A stretch of DNA of 64,000 nucleotides, taken from Stegostoma tigrinum. Its lineage: Eukaryota. Position numbers and translations under genes: made by a program. Shown one piece after another: positions 12,250 through 24,830 of the stretch. Each line of letters starts with the position of its first letter. Position 1 is the first letter of the stretch. The notes beneath the pieces were generated by a model, which saw nothing but the letters and a program-made list of their open reading frames with translations, did no database searches and had not been told where the DNA came from. The DNA lies in NCBI RefSeq assembly GCF_030684315.1, contig NC_081387.1, positions 26,654,647-26,718,646 of the forward strand, written 5' to 3'.

Positions 12250-12720
12250 GCAAGGAACTGTGGATGCTGAGATCTGAAATGAACAAAAACAGAAATGGTT
12301 GAAGAAACTCATTGGGTCTGGCAGCATCTTGTGGAGAGAAAGTATTAACATTTTGAGTCCAGTGACACTTCATCTGGGGGAAGAGGAGTGAAGGATTTTG
12401 TAGAAAGGGAGCCCAGAAAGAGGGAAGAAAGGACTTGGGGTGTGGGGTGGGTAATAGAAATGGCAGGAGATGTTCATGCCATGAAATTGTTCAATTTAAT
12501 GTTGAGTCCTGAGTTCTAAGGTCAATTAGAAGATAATATGCTGTTCCCCCAACTTACATTGAACTTTGCTGGAGCATTGCAGCGGGATCAAGATGGAAAT
12601 GTTGGCTTGGAAACAGTATTGTGTTGAAGTGTAGGGATCTGGAAGATCAGGATTATTTTTAACAGACAGAGTTGAGGTGTTTCACAAAGTGGGTCACCCA
12701 TTCTGCGATTCATCTTGTCT
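12250..12720 (-). mobile_element. Penelope-like remnant with GIY-YIG C-terminus
   Basis: Minus-strand remnants LQCSSKVQCKLGEQHIIF and SGLNIKLNNF, then a terminal repeat. Confidence 0.55.
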
Positions 12721-12810
12721 GTGTTTTGGTTTAAGAAGTCTCACAAGACTTGAAATGTTCACTCTGTTTTTCTTAACTCTCTCCAAAGAAGCTGCCAGAC
12801 CTGCTGAGTT

Positions 12811-13002
12811 AACAAGGTGTACAGCTGGATGAACACAGCAAGCCAAGTAGCATCACAGGAGCAGGAAAGCTGACATTTCGGGCCTAGACCCTTCTTCATT
12901 TCAGCTTTCCTGCTCCTCAGATGCTGCTTGGCCTGCTGTGTTCATCCAGCTCCACACCGCGTTGTCTCGGATTCTCCAGCATCTGCAGTTCCCATTATCT
13001 CT
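12811..13002. mobile_element. Short Penelope-type inverted-pair insertion inside an older repeat
   Basis: Inverted arms; flanking duplication gacctgctgagtt 12798-12810 / gacctgctcagtt 13003-13015. Confidence 0.75.
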
Positions 13003-14388
13003 GACCTGCTCAGTTTCTCCAGCATTCTTTGTTTTTGTTTAGCTGAGTAATTGTGTCTGACAGAATGTAGTTTGACTTATTATTTTCATGCAATAATTCT
13101 TCTTTCAATCTTAGAACAGTACCTCCTGCTGTAGACAATCTATGATGGTGCATCTTCTATCTCTGGAAAGACCCAAGAGAATAAAGGCAAATGTCTGTGG
13201 ATGCTGGATATCTGAAACATTCTAAAGGTGGCAAAGTAATTCAGAATCTCAAAACATTGCTCAGGCTGCAAGATTATTTATTCTCAGTGTCTCTCCTTAC
13301 AGCCTCTCATATATTTCAAGGAGATTGCCTCTCATTCTTCTAAGCCCCAAGAAACTTAGATCAAATTTACTCAGCCTCCCATCATGGTACAATTTTAACA
13401 AATGTTCATTGTCCTCAGTACAGTAAAGTCAGTAAAGATGCATCCATTGAAGTTTGTCAAAATGAGAAATCATCTCATTCAAACATGTAAAACACTGAGG
13501 AGAGTTGACGAGGTACATGCTGAAAGGGTATTTCTACTTTTTCCTTGGGTAAGGGAAACTAGAGCTGGGGGACACTGAGGCTTCTTCCATTTAAGATGGA
13601 GATGAGATTAGTTTTCAGGAGATTATGAGTCTGTGAAGCTCTCTTCTCCAGACTAACGCCGGGGTGTGGTTCATTGAATATTCAGAGACATTCATAACAA
13701 TCAGGGGAGCTAAGGGTTAAAGATGGGGCCGATCAATCAGATCAGCAGTGAACAGCGGAGCAGACTAGGGGGTGGGCGGCGCTGAACGGCCTCTTCCTGA
13801 TTTTTACACTTGTGTGCGAAATCCCAGAAAAGATACTGCGAGGCCATTTAGTCCATCGCCGCTGTGCCAGACCTTTGAAAGAACAAAACGATTTGTCCCA
13901 ACCCCCTGTTTGTTCTGTCCCGCAGGTTGTTCACTCGAAATTAATCCCTGTCTGGGCGTTAGGATCGGCAGAAAGTGCATCCCATCCTTGGAAGCGTCAA
14001 TAAGTTTTGGAGCCGCAGCTGAGGGAAGATCTGAAATTTCAATTCCTCCCGGTGGTTGGAAACGGAGGGTGAGGACAGGGCAGAGGCGCTTGGCTCTGAA
14101 ATTTTTGTGACATCCCAAGAAATGTTTTTAAGAACTTTCCTAGATTGATGCACTTTAATTAAAACGGATCTGCTTTCCCCATTGATGGCCTGTATCTCGG
14201 CCTATTTAAATAACATAAAAATATTAAGTTGTGATCTCTGGGGAAGGGTCACCGGCCCGAAACGTTAACTCATTTCTCACCATAGAAGCTGCCAGACTTC
14301 CTGAGTTTTTCCAGAAACTTCTGGTTTTTGTTTTACACCTTTCGCATTTCTTTAGGTTTTTGTGATCTCCTATTCTGAATATATCGGT

Positions 14389-14404
14389 GGCTCTGAAAAG
14401 AGCC
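14389..14404 (-). terminator. Histone 3' stem-loop of H1-like gene A
   Basis: Minus strand GGCTCTTTTCAGAGCC-ACCGA, followed by a purine-rich HDE-like AGAATAGGAGATC. Confidence 0.95.
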
Positions 14405-14447
14405 TTTTACGGTTGATTTATTTTCATTATTTATTTTCTTCGCTCCC

Positions 14448-15137
14448 TCAGCGTTTCCCAGCCACAGGTTCAGGGTCCTCGGAGCCGCTCTCTCCTCCCG
14501 TTTGTGGTTGAGCTTCTTGTCCTCCAGGCGGCGGTTCAGCGGCCGTTGACGGCTCCTTACCCGCTTTCCGAGGCGCCCGGATCCGACCGCTAGGTCTCCG
14601 GACCCCGGTTCCCTTGGCCGCCTTCCTCCTGCCGCCAGCGATTCTGCCCTTTTTCCGGCTGCCTGGCGGTAGCTTCTTCCTGGCCGGGCTCCTCTTTCTG
14701 CCGCCCCTCCGGCCGCCGCCCCTGGCCACCTTCCGCTGCCGACCGCGGGGTTTGGAATTAGCGGCGGCGGCCGCTGCTGGCACCGGGCGGTTCTGCCCGT
14801 CCTCGTGGTGCTGCTGCCGGTTGATCCTGAAGGAGCCCGAGGCCCCAGCGCCCGCCGTCCGCAGCAACGAGCCTGCGGACACCAGGCTCCGCACCGCCTG
14901 GTTCACCCGCGAATTGATCCGCGGCACATCGTAGCCGGCGGCCGACAGCGCTTTCTTGATACCGGCCAGCGACAGACCGCGGCGCTCCTGGGAAGATGCC
15001 ACCGCCTCCAGGATGTGTCCGGCCATGGTGGGCGCTCCCCCACCTGCGGCTGCCACTTGCCGCACTTTAGGCGGGCTCCTCCGCCGACGCCCCTTCCTGC
15101 CCCGGGAAGAGCCTTGGACCAGGTCGCCCGAAGCCAT
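14448..15137 (-). CDS. H1: Divergent Arg-rich histone H1-like protein A (229 aa)
   Basis: Globular domain ILEAVASSQERRGLSLAGIKKALSAAGYDV...SLLRTAGAGASGSFRIN; intronless; stem-loop downstream; ATG at 15137. Confidence 0.9.
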   Translation of the reverse strand: MASGDLVQGSSRGRKGRRRRSPPKVRQVAAAGGGAPTMAGHILEAVASSQERRGLSLAGIKKALSAAGYDVPRINSRVNQAVRSLVSAGSLLRTAGAGASGSFRINRQQHHEDGQNRPVPAAAAAANSKPRGRQRKVARGGGRRGGRKRSPARKKLPPGSRKKGRIAGGRRKAAKGTGVRRPSGRIRAPRKAGKEPSTAAEPPPGGQEAQPQTGGESGSEDPEPVAGKR

Positions 15138-15247
15138 TTCGGTGGCTGACAACGCCGGGCGGCGCCTTCGGCACCCTTCCTTTCGCAACAACCACAACCC
15201 GACGCTGCAAGGACGGAAATTAAAGATGCAGCAGCGGCGCCGGAGCC

Positions 15248-15269
15248 TTTTCAAGGCTCAAAGCGGACG
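15248..15269 (-). promoter_or_regulatory. HINFP/H4-box motif plus TATA-like box of H1-A
   Basis: Minus strand CGTCCGC-N8-TTGAAAA. Confidence 0.6.
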
Positions 15270-16411
15270 TGAAAGAGGCGAGTCCTCCGACTGGGAGCCG
15301 GTGCGTGGCCCGTTTTCCGGCACGTGTACCTCACCAGCCACGTGACCACCCCGTGCCCAATCTGACCCCGACCACGTGCTCCTAGAGCGGGCAGGGATTG
15401 TTCCAGCAGCTTCACCCGAACCACAAAGTGAAACAGAAACGGAAACAATTATCCCGCTCGCTTGCGAGCTCCGTAAATTCCTCAGACTCCCCCAGAACCT
15501 CCCTATGGCGTACGCCGATCCACACTAAACCTTAAATTAATGTTCCCTTTCTCCAGTTAAAACACGGAGACGTTTATCAGTAAAAAAGTGTCTTTTCTTC
15601 CAAACCCATCCCCTTTCTGCCTTCCTTTTAACAAGTGCTTTTTGAGGTGGGATTAGAAGGGAGCTGTATGTGCGTGCATGAACTGGTGGATTCACCATTT
15701 GTAAGGTAGGAATTGGCCCTCACATTTGATTGCACTCATAGAAAATCGGGGAATTATGACAGTGTAGTGAGAAGCCATTCGCCCTGTCGTACCTACACAA
15801 ACCCACGGAATGATCGTTTCGGCTTTATGTCAGTCTCCGCTCCTTCCCCTTTTTCCAGCACATTATTAGCTTTATCCGATTGCATCAATGGACAGCAGTG
15901 CTGTTCGTGCATTAATCCAAAATTTTGCATTTGCTCAAGGTGCAGCTAAGTCTAACTGGTCCACTCTTTATGACTGCAGCAAACAGAACTCAACCATACC
16001 CAATAGTTGGGCCTCCCCATAAAATAATGTGCGTTTATTTCTCAAATACCAAAAAGTGCGTCAAATCACAGTCATTTGCAGCAATTTGGTTTCCAGTCCT
16101 ACGTGATTGTGGGAATAATCTGATGTGGCCCAGGATTCGAGGTCTTCACAACGTGTAGTTAGATTGCAACAAAGCATCTTAGACGATGTAAACACAAAAT
16201 GGTTGTCGCGACATTACAAGCGGAACGAGGATATTTTAAAATTAAAATCCCAATTTGATCATTAGTACATGTTAATTTGCAAGGCAGGGGTGAGAGGAAG
16301 GGAAAGAAGGGGGAGATTTGTGATGGAACGGAGCGGGTGTGATCGCGGGTGGCTGGTCTCAAAGGATGTAAGTGTAGAATTTGCTGTAACCGAGAATACA
16401 ACGCGATTTAC

Positions 16412-16510
16412 GGCACGATGGGCTCAGTGCCTCACAGCGCTAAGGACCCGGGTTCGATTCGACCCTCGCGCGACTGTCTATGTGAAGTTTTGCACATCCT
16501 CCCTGGCCTG
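16412..16510 (+). mobile_element. Truncated HE1-like SINE head
   Basis: ggcacgatgggctcagtg...gggttcgattc. Confidence 0.55.
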
Positions 16511-17247
16511 CTTCCACGCTGTAAAGTTTCTATGATCAGTCAGCTTTTGTAGCGTCATTACAGTATTATGTGGGTCTTATCAATTGAGGTGCCAGTAGGC
16601 TGACCCATTGCAGCGAAAGCACTATCAAAGTGCACCATTTCCTACCAGAGGACTAAAACAAATTGCTGGAGAAACTGACATGTCTGATAGCATTTAAGGT
16701 AAGAGAAACTAAGTTAACATTTTGAGTTCTGAATCTTCATCAGAAGCCTGGCTTCTGGAATTAAGAAGGTTGATTGAATAGGCAAATGTAATTGAAATGC
16801 GACCAGAAGGGAGAACGGAATATCTCTAACGTGGCGTTTTAATTTTAAATCACATCAACCCCCGCCTTCACTTTTACGTTTGGAGGGATACCTACAACAT
16901 GGCAACGTAACAAAGCCACGGCGCCTTGCGGGATGAGCTGCATAAAACGGCCAATTTTAGCCAGTCTCATCTCACGTGCCCATGAAATTTTGACTATATT
17001 TGGGATGCTAACCGAACGGTTTTTCAATGCTCATAAAGCATTTTTTTTAGCAGTTGAATCTATGGGCAGTAGCCCAACAATCTGGGAAGTTCCTACACCT
17101 AAAACGTGATCTCGTCTTTCATACAATATAAAGCGACACAATAATCTTTAATTCTCCTTTTATTAAATCACTTTATTTTATGTAATGTCTGATACATTAA
17201 CTATTTGTATAATGTCTGACTTGTTCTGGGCCCTTTTTCATGTTAAG

Positions 17248-18012
17248 TTAAAGGCTCTGATAAGAGCCATTTTTTCCACAAGTTGATTCTCTACTGTTGG
17301 CGACGAGAGGGTGGGGATTAGGTTCAAGCTGCGGTTGGGGATTGGGATCTTCATGCCGGGGTGAGTTCGGTTCGATGTCGACCGACTTCCTCATTCGGGC
17401 CCCTTTTTTCGAAGCCGTCGATCGTTTTAAACTCCGTCCCGTCCGTTTATTTACCTTTGAGGATTTCTTTGGCTGCCTAGACCGTCGTTTCACTCGTTCT
17501 ACCCTCCGCCGGTTCACCACCCGCCTCCGTCTGCGGGCCTCAGAAAGTGTGACGACGCCCGGCATTTTTCTCTGGGAAGATGCTTTCAGTTTGCTACTAG
17601 CTCCTCCATCCATACGGGCCGACTTCGATCCACCAAGACTACCTGATGTTTTCACCAGAGAACTCCTTTTGACCATACTCCGTACGGCCTGGTTGAGCCG
17701 CGATCTGTTGCGCCCCATGTTGCTACCACTGGCCGACAACAGTTTCTTCATCGCAGCTACCGACAGGCCCCGGCGCTCTTTAGTGGCCGCCACTGCTTTC
17801 ATGATCTGTTCAGCTACAGTGCAACCAAACTTTTTGTGGCGATACGGCCGTCGCTTCCTCTTCACTGCGACTGCGATATCTAATACCTCACCTTCATCGG
17901 GAGGAGGTGGCGGCGGCGGCGGAGGAACTGGAGGAGGCGGAGCCGGCTGCTGGGAATCTGCCGGGGCGGAAAAATCCAACGCAGCCGGCTCAGAGTCCGT
18001 AATACGGTCCAT
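17248..18012 (-). CDS. H1: Divergent Arg-rich H1-like protein B (254 aa) with a polyproline N-terminus
   Basis: TVAEQIMKAVAATKERRGLSVAAMKKLLSASG...LNQAVRSMVKRSSLVKT globular domain; basic tail; ATG at 18012. Confidence 0.85.
   Translation of the reverse strand: MDRITDSEPAALDFSAPADSQQPAPPPPVPPPPPPPPPDEGEVLDIAVAVKRKRRPYRHKKFGCTVAEQIMKAVAATKERRGLSVAAMKKLLSASGSNMGRNRSRLNQAVRSMVKRSSLVKTSGSLGGSKSARMDGGASSKLKASSQRKMPGVVTLSEARRRRRVVNRRRVERVKRRSRQPKKSSKVNKRTGRSLKRSTASKKGARMRKSVDIEPNSPRHEDPNPQPQLEPNPHPLVANSRESTCGKNGSYQSL
17253..17268 (-). terminator. Variant histone stem-loop lying inside the last codons of H1-B
   Basis: Minus strand GGCTCT-TATC-AGAGCC, read as Gly-Ser-Tyr-Gln-Ser-Leu then TAA. Confidence 0.8.
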
Positions 18013-18106
18013 CAAATTATAGCTCGTCGCCTCTCACAACCAAACGTCCTCCGCCTCCACCCACAGCCGCAGCTGCAATGTGGAGCCGGCCGGCCCGGCT
18101 CCGCGC

Positions 18107-18129
18107 TTTTTAAAGCCCCGGTGCGGACC
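18107..18129 (-). promoter_or_regulatory. H4-box/HINFP motif plus TATA-like box of H1-B
   Basis: Minus strand GGTCCGC-N8-TTTAAAAA. Confidence 0.65.
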
Positions 18130-18719
18130 TAACAGACCCACGCCCTCTCCGTTTACGGACTGAGGCGCGAGGTCGTCGCCACACCCCCTAGTCCCGCGCT
18201 AGCTCAGTTTATGTCTGCCCTCCGCCGCGCGAAGGGGAATGGGGCGCCGGCTCCGCCGCGAACCGTTCACCCACCTCAGTGCGGGCGCCGCAAGTTGCCT
18301 GGGGCACTACCGGCGCTCGGCGACGCTCGGCCAGCTCCTTCCAGGAGAGCATTCTTCCCGGCTCCGCGGCCAGCTGCCGTCTTTTCGGCACTTTCCTGCT
18401 TCTAACACTGCCCCGAACCGAGGCCAGGCCTCGCTGACCTGTGGGGGGCCCGGATTGTAGTGGCTCGTGAAATTGCAAGTTTCTTGGTCAGCCTCGTCTC
18501 AGTAGCATAGACAGGTTTTGTTTACATGGGGAATGATTTTAATCGTAGGCATTTGCCGCGAGGGAGTCTTTTTTTTTCGGTTAAACGCACAAGTTTCCTC
18601 AAGAAACATGACATGAGCACCGTCCCTTTCCTTACACATCAATGCTTTGAATATTGGAATGTAGAACACAATTTAACAATTGAATGGCAATGAGGATGAT
18701 GCCAATCCATTGCAACAGG

Positions 18720-19830
18720 ATGATCCAGTAGAACGAGCAGATAAGTGGTAATTAAATAAGAAAGATGTTATTCTTTTTGGCAGAAGAAATAGGGAGGTGC
18801 AATTTAGACATAATGACACTTATTAATGTACTAATGAATTCTAAATGGGTTGAATGGGACCTTGGATTCATAAATTGAAGTACTGAGCTCAAAAGTGGGA
18901 GAAAGCTGAATCTTCATAGAACTTTGGTGAAGCCCTGAGTAGAGTAGTCCTGACCATCACTCTTCAGCAAGGATGTAAGAAGAGTCCAGCGGACATTTCC
19001 CAGGGTGAAGTATTTTAGTGACAGGGTTAGATTGGAGAAACTAGGGTTCCATTCTAGGGAAAACGGAAAATGAAAAGTAGTTTGAAAGCGTTGTACAAGA
19101 TATTGGCAGATTTGGATAAGGTTGGACAAAGCTATTCCTTTTAGCTGACGTTACAAGGAATGGATGACACTGATTTAAGGTTTTTGCCTAATGTTATGGG
19201 TACAGATGTAAGAATTTTTTTTACACGATTAGTGATATGACCAGTCACTGCCTACGAGAACAGTAGGCATTTGCTGGGGTAAGGGAGCAGAGTGAGAAAA
19301 TGGGTTTGACTGCAGAGTTGGCATTGATTAAATTGACCAACTTGAGGCTTTTTCAAGTGCAAGGGCAATGGAATACTTTCCTGCAGTTGTACAGTGTTGG
19401 CGAGGCCACATTTGGATTAGTGTGCAGCTTAAATCTTTTCTTCAAGAAATGATGTAAATAAGTCAGAGAAGATTCACTCGAATGATACTTGGGATGGGAA
19501 TGCTTGAGGAAAGTTTGTATCTGTATCTATAGGAGTTAAGAACAAGAGATGTTACTTTTGAGGCACAAGCTCCTGCAGGGTCATGACAGGCTGGGTTTGA
19601 AAAGACGACGCCAATTGTGGGAGGAAATAGAAATAGGTGTCTCAAAAACACACATCTAGCATGTAAGATGGAGATGATAAATCATTCTTCTCCTGCAGTT
19701 GAGTCTGTGGAACTCTTCTGTAGAAGGTAGGAGAAGCCAAATCTTTAACTTCCTTTAAGTCTGTGTTGGACAGATTGATAAGTCAAGGGAATCAATGGGT
19801 ATGAAGAGGCAGCTAGTAAATTAGAGTTTA
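18720..19830 (+). mobile_element. Highly degenerate CR1-type LINE fragments
   Basis: agaactttggtgaagccc..., agaagattcactcgaatgatacttgggatg. Confidence 0.55.
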
Positions 19831-20585
19831 GTCTTAAGGAATGGCGGATGAAGTGTCCTGGCCTCGAAACTGATGCTTCCAGACCTGCTGAGTTTCTCTA
19901 GAACTATTTCTGTTATTGAATAACAGAACAGGGTCCAAAATTTTAAACACAATTTTCAGCTTTTTCTCTCATCCTCGTGGACAGGATAGAAACTACGAGT
20001 CCGACCATTTTACTTGCAGTTTCATTTTGTACTTTAACAGTGCAAGCTTTTCTCAATTTTTTGATAGTAGGATATGCACTAACCTGAGGTTGTATCTTAG
20101 ACTTTTAAGTTGGTTCCTCACCTCCTGGCAACTGCATCTCTAAAGGATTTATGTAGCACTTTGCTAGCCAGAGAATTCTGGGAAGTATAAATTTCAACCT
20201 TGCAGCTGCGCCTCGATCGTCTGGGGAGAAATGTGGTTATTTATTAATTAATTACTATTGCTGCAACGTTTTCAAAGCCCTTAACTTTTGCAGAATCCAG
20301 TGCCAGCAGCTATTTCTTGCTGTTACTTGGGACCTCTGTAGGAAGCGAGATGGAGCATCCACTCTGCACTTCTGGTTGACAATTGCTGCGGATGTACGAA
20401 GGAGCCGTACATTCATTTGTAGTACCTCCATGTCGTTTGCTACTCCACGTATTGACGTCTTGAATTTAGACCGTCTGGGATTGAACTGATTTGTTCAGGC
20501 GACAATACTCAGTTTAATATTGTGGCTACCATATTGATGGTGACAATTTCAAACATGGCCCGCAGCTTTCTTGAGAACAAATTGT

Positions 20586-20601
20586 GGCTCTTAAAAGAGC
20601 C
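20586..20601 (-). terminator. Histone stem-loop of H4
   Basis: GGCTCTTTTAAGAGCC-ACAAT, HDE-like AAGAAAGCTG. Confidence 0.95.
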
Positions 20602-20631
20602 TTTCCACCGATGTATTTTCCTTAACAGCTT

Positions 20632-21045
<414 letters not shown>

Positions 21046-22529
21046 AATCAAAGAGCAACGCATTGCGCCTGCCGCCCGCCCCTGTTCACATCAACGCAAC
21101 GCAATGTATCAAAACTGCGGAATGAGCAAAATAATCATTCATTGTTAAACAACCCCATAATCTGCTAATACACAGTCAAATGCAAGAGAGACAGATTAAA
21201 ACAGATTGCTCCTGTTAACAAAAACATTTTATTCTGACTTATTGTCAACAGAACTGCACATTTTGCTGCAAATCTCAGGTCCACACTCAGCAAAGATTGG
21301 TACTTGAGATCGAGGAACACCAAAATTTGGTTCTGATTTTTCAAAGCTGAGTAGTACCTTCATACAACGCATTAAATTTGGTCATCGTCCTATACGCTTT
21401 CTCTCCAAGCATCGCAATTTCACCGCCCTCCCATCGCCTTATTGTCCTTTTCCTATTGTACCTTCAAAAACAAAATGATTAACTTTTAAATCATTGGCTA
21501 AAGTGAAAGGAATTGGGCAAATGTTACTTTTAGAACTTCAGTATCTTTGCATGATACTTGCTGTGGTCAGCATAGCTATCTTAGCGAACAGCTCTAAATA
21601 TTTTAACGACCCGAAGTTTTTTTTATTGGCAGTATCATCTTCCTTCTTCATGTCACAGTCTCGCAATTTAGAAAACGAATGCTGCCCTCAAGATGCTTGG
21701 TCTCCTCTTACAAATCTTTGCGTAGTTACAATCGTTTTCTCAAATCCGTCAGCACCTGTTCCATCCAAAATCTGACTATTTCTTCAACTCTCGAGAAATC
21801 TCCAGTCACGGCCATTATATTGAGTCATATGTGAATGTAAGGGAAGCAAGTGTTTCGCATCATGTGGACACGTAGAATACCTTGGAATTGCTTCTCAGAT
21901 CGTCGTAAATCTGGATTTGTTTACCGCAGAGGATAGCTGCACTTGCACCGTTAAGTATATTCAAGGCGGAAATAGACAGATTTTTAAATAGTAAGAGAAT
22001 GAAGGATTCTAGAAAGAAAGGCATGTAAGTGGAGTTAATGATTATCAAATCAGCCATAATGTCATTGAATCGCGGAGCAGGTTCGACTTTATTCTGTACC
22101 TTATTATGGACTTGTCGTCTCCATCCTTCAATAAATACTTTCTGATCATTCCTGCCTTGTTCAAACTGAGAGTTGTAAGTAGACCAATGTCATATCTTTC
22201 TCCTCGTTTATCCTCAGTAATCCGCTTACACCTGACCACACTGTCTCCTAGTCTCACTAATTCTTAACAACGACCTGGTTTGGCCTTCATGTCCCACAGC
22301 TTATTCCACCCCTTTTGAGTTTTAAGTGCTTAAATTTTAAATTTATTTGTTACTTAACCGTGCTTCTTGATTTATGACTTCCCTTCAATAGTGAGATTCC
22401 AGTTCGGGCCTTGAGTCTTTATCTAGGTGACGCTAGGAGTGAACACCTATGGGCATATACATGTTCCGATATCAGACTGTTGCACCAATAGGAAGGTTTT
22501 GCTAGAACATGGTATTAAGTGTACAATTG

Positions 22530-23062
22530 AAATGCTATGAACACTTTGGACAGCTTATTTAAGGAACGTATACTGGTATGTGAGGCAGAGAAGAGCAGGT
22601 TCACCACTAATGTCAGATGTGGAGATATTGTCTTATGAGGACAGACGGAATAGATTGGGCCTGAGATTCTTGGTATAAAGAAGTGTGAAAGGTGACCTTA
22701 TTGAAACATGCAAGATTCTGAGAAGACTTGACAGATTAGATGCGGGAAGATTGTTTCCACTTGTGGGAGAGTCTAAGACCAGAGGTCATACTTTCAAGGT
22801 AGGGGGTTGTACATTTTAGACAAAGGTGAGGAGCAATTTCTTTTTTCAGACAGCAGTGAATCTATGAATTTTGTTTTACCACAGAGGGTTCTCGAGGCTG
22901 GGCTATTAAGGTTGAGATACACAGACTTTTAATCAATAAGGGAATCAAAGGTTATGGGAAAAGACGGGAAAATGGAATTGAATATGATCAGATCAGCTAT
23001 GATCTCACTGAGTGGTGGAACAGGCTCGTTGGGCTGAAAGGCCTTTTTTCTGCACCTTATGA
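22530..23062 (+). mobile_element. CR1-type LINE 3' fragment
   Basis: ggtgaccttattgaaacatgcaagattctgaga... and gcaatttcttttttcagacagcagtgaatct. Confidence 0.7.
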
Positions 23063-23791
23063 TCAATGCTTTTGACTGTTGTATCATGAAATCTTTTGTT
23101 ATTTAATTTCCCCTTGCCTCACGTTGTCTCCTATCTTCTCTCTGGTTTTTCCTGTCTCCTTCGCACTCTTAAAATTTTTAATTTTCCATTTCTCTTCAGT
23201 TCTGATGAAAGGTCATTCAACGAGAAACATGACCTTTGTTACTCTCCTTTGTTGCTGAGTTTTTCCTATTTTTACCACGTTTTTACTCCGTGCTTCCAGC
23301 ACCCTGCAGTATTTGGTTTTTGTACACGTGGGCAATAGGCCAGCTAGAAGCCAGTAGGCCAGTCCTGAAGAAGGGCAATACCCGAAAACGCTGACCACCT
23401 CCCCGCACCCCCCCCCCCGACCTTTCCTCCAGATGCTGCCAGGATTGCTGTCTTCTTCCAACCTACTGTTTGCCTACAGAAGCAACAAAGGATTTGGAGG
23501 AAATCTTTGAATATGTGCAAACCTGGAATGGAAATGGAATGCCTGATTTGACATTCTTGTGATTTAACTATTTACTGTCAGTGTTAAGGAAACCGTTGGA
23601 GACGTGTTAACTCTTAAGAATTGAGGTTAGCGTGTTAAATATAGATGAGGTGCGTGTAGATTCGACTATTGGGTAAGATTGGGGCAAGATTACTGAGCAT
23701 GATTTAAAACCGTTTTTAACAACACTTGTCGCTACACACTCCCTCCGTGTAAATTAGAACACGGAAACCGATTATTGTGCAACCAGACCAC

Positions 23792-23967
23792 ATTTAGCTC
23801 TCATGAAAGAAAAAAATGATGCGAATGTTGGAAATCTGAAACAGAAAGTGTTGGAGAATCTCGGCAGGTCTGACTACATCTTTATCATTATCAAATGAGT
23901 TTCTCCAACATTTTTGTTAGTTTCAGATTTCCAACATTCACTTTTTTTTATTTCATGAGAGCTAAAT
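23792..23967. repeat. About 176-bp fold-back palindrome built on Penelope-type termini
   Basis: Arms of about 70 bp; perfect 17-bp outer inverted repeat ATTTAGCTCTCATGAAA / TTTCATGAGAGCTAAAT. Confidence 0.75.
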
Positions 23968-24669
23968 ATCTGATCTTAAAATTGCTTCTCAGTTGCTCTT
24001 CGTTGTAATTTAGTTCAATTTATGAAGAAATAAAAGACGCGCTTCTGCACAATATATTAACAGTGGCGGAAATCGCCACAATTTTTACAATGGTCACTGG
24101 ATTTCCCAGCGCCTTATTCATTTTCTGGCGAAATTGGATGCAAGTGTCCTGAACACGCACACTTGACGTGTCGAACAAGAATTATTTGCTTTTGGTAACA
24201 TGTCTGTCTTTTGAAAATTTTAAGCCGCGCAGTGAAAATGTTTCCTAGACCGACTCTGCGCTATCCGTTAAGTTTTGTAACGTCGCACAATTTTGGCCTG
24301 AGAGCTACTTTTAGATGTGAGAATACTGGTGATTACAAACTAAAACAGATCTTTAAAACAGTAACAATACCACGGTTGGGACTGCGAGCACTGTGACTCC
24401 CGCTAATTTCATTTTCACCACAGAGACACAATGAACTGTTTGCGGGTGGAAGAACACGGATTGGAACATTGAGTTATTATTGCTTTTACTTTTAGACGTA
24501 AGAGAAAAATATTTTTAACTCCTGGGAAAGACGCTTGTCAATGTATGAAAATGCAATTAGAATAATTTGCAAGAAATGAAAGAATTGTTTTCGGTGCGGT
24601 GCTCGATGTGCGGGCTGATGGATTAAAACAAGCTTGGGCTTTGGGTCTTCCTCTGCCCGGCAAAAAAAG

Positions 24670-24830
24670 GGCACGCCGCAGAAATGTAGTTGAACATCAT
24701 TGGTTAAAATACGCTGTCCTCTGATTGGTTGTCGCTGTGTAGTACATTTTCAATCCGTTCATGCAAATGAGGATTGGGTGACGTCACAAACCACCTGCCG
24801 TTAGCCGTTGGCGTTATTTAAATTTTCAAA
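24670..24830. promoter_or_regulatory. Promoter-like motif cluster with no adjacent recognisable gene
   Basis: Three ATTGG (CCAAT on minus) at about 24699, 24724 and 24773; octamer ATGCAAAT 24761-24768; CRE TGACGTCA 24779-24786; CpG-rich surroundings. Confidence 0.55.

Noticed and set aside
15138-15254. N-terminal extensions in the ORF track for H1-A, H4, H3, H2A and H1-C
   Set aside because: They start at non-ATG codons or run through promoter and TATA sequence; the in-frame ATG at 36867 for H3 is probably upstream of the start site.
14614-18022. Long antisense ORFs over H1 genes (also over H2B, H2A and H1-D)
   Set aside because: Shadow frames of GC-rich coding sequence.
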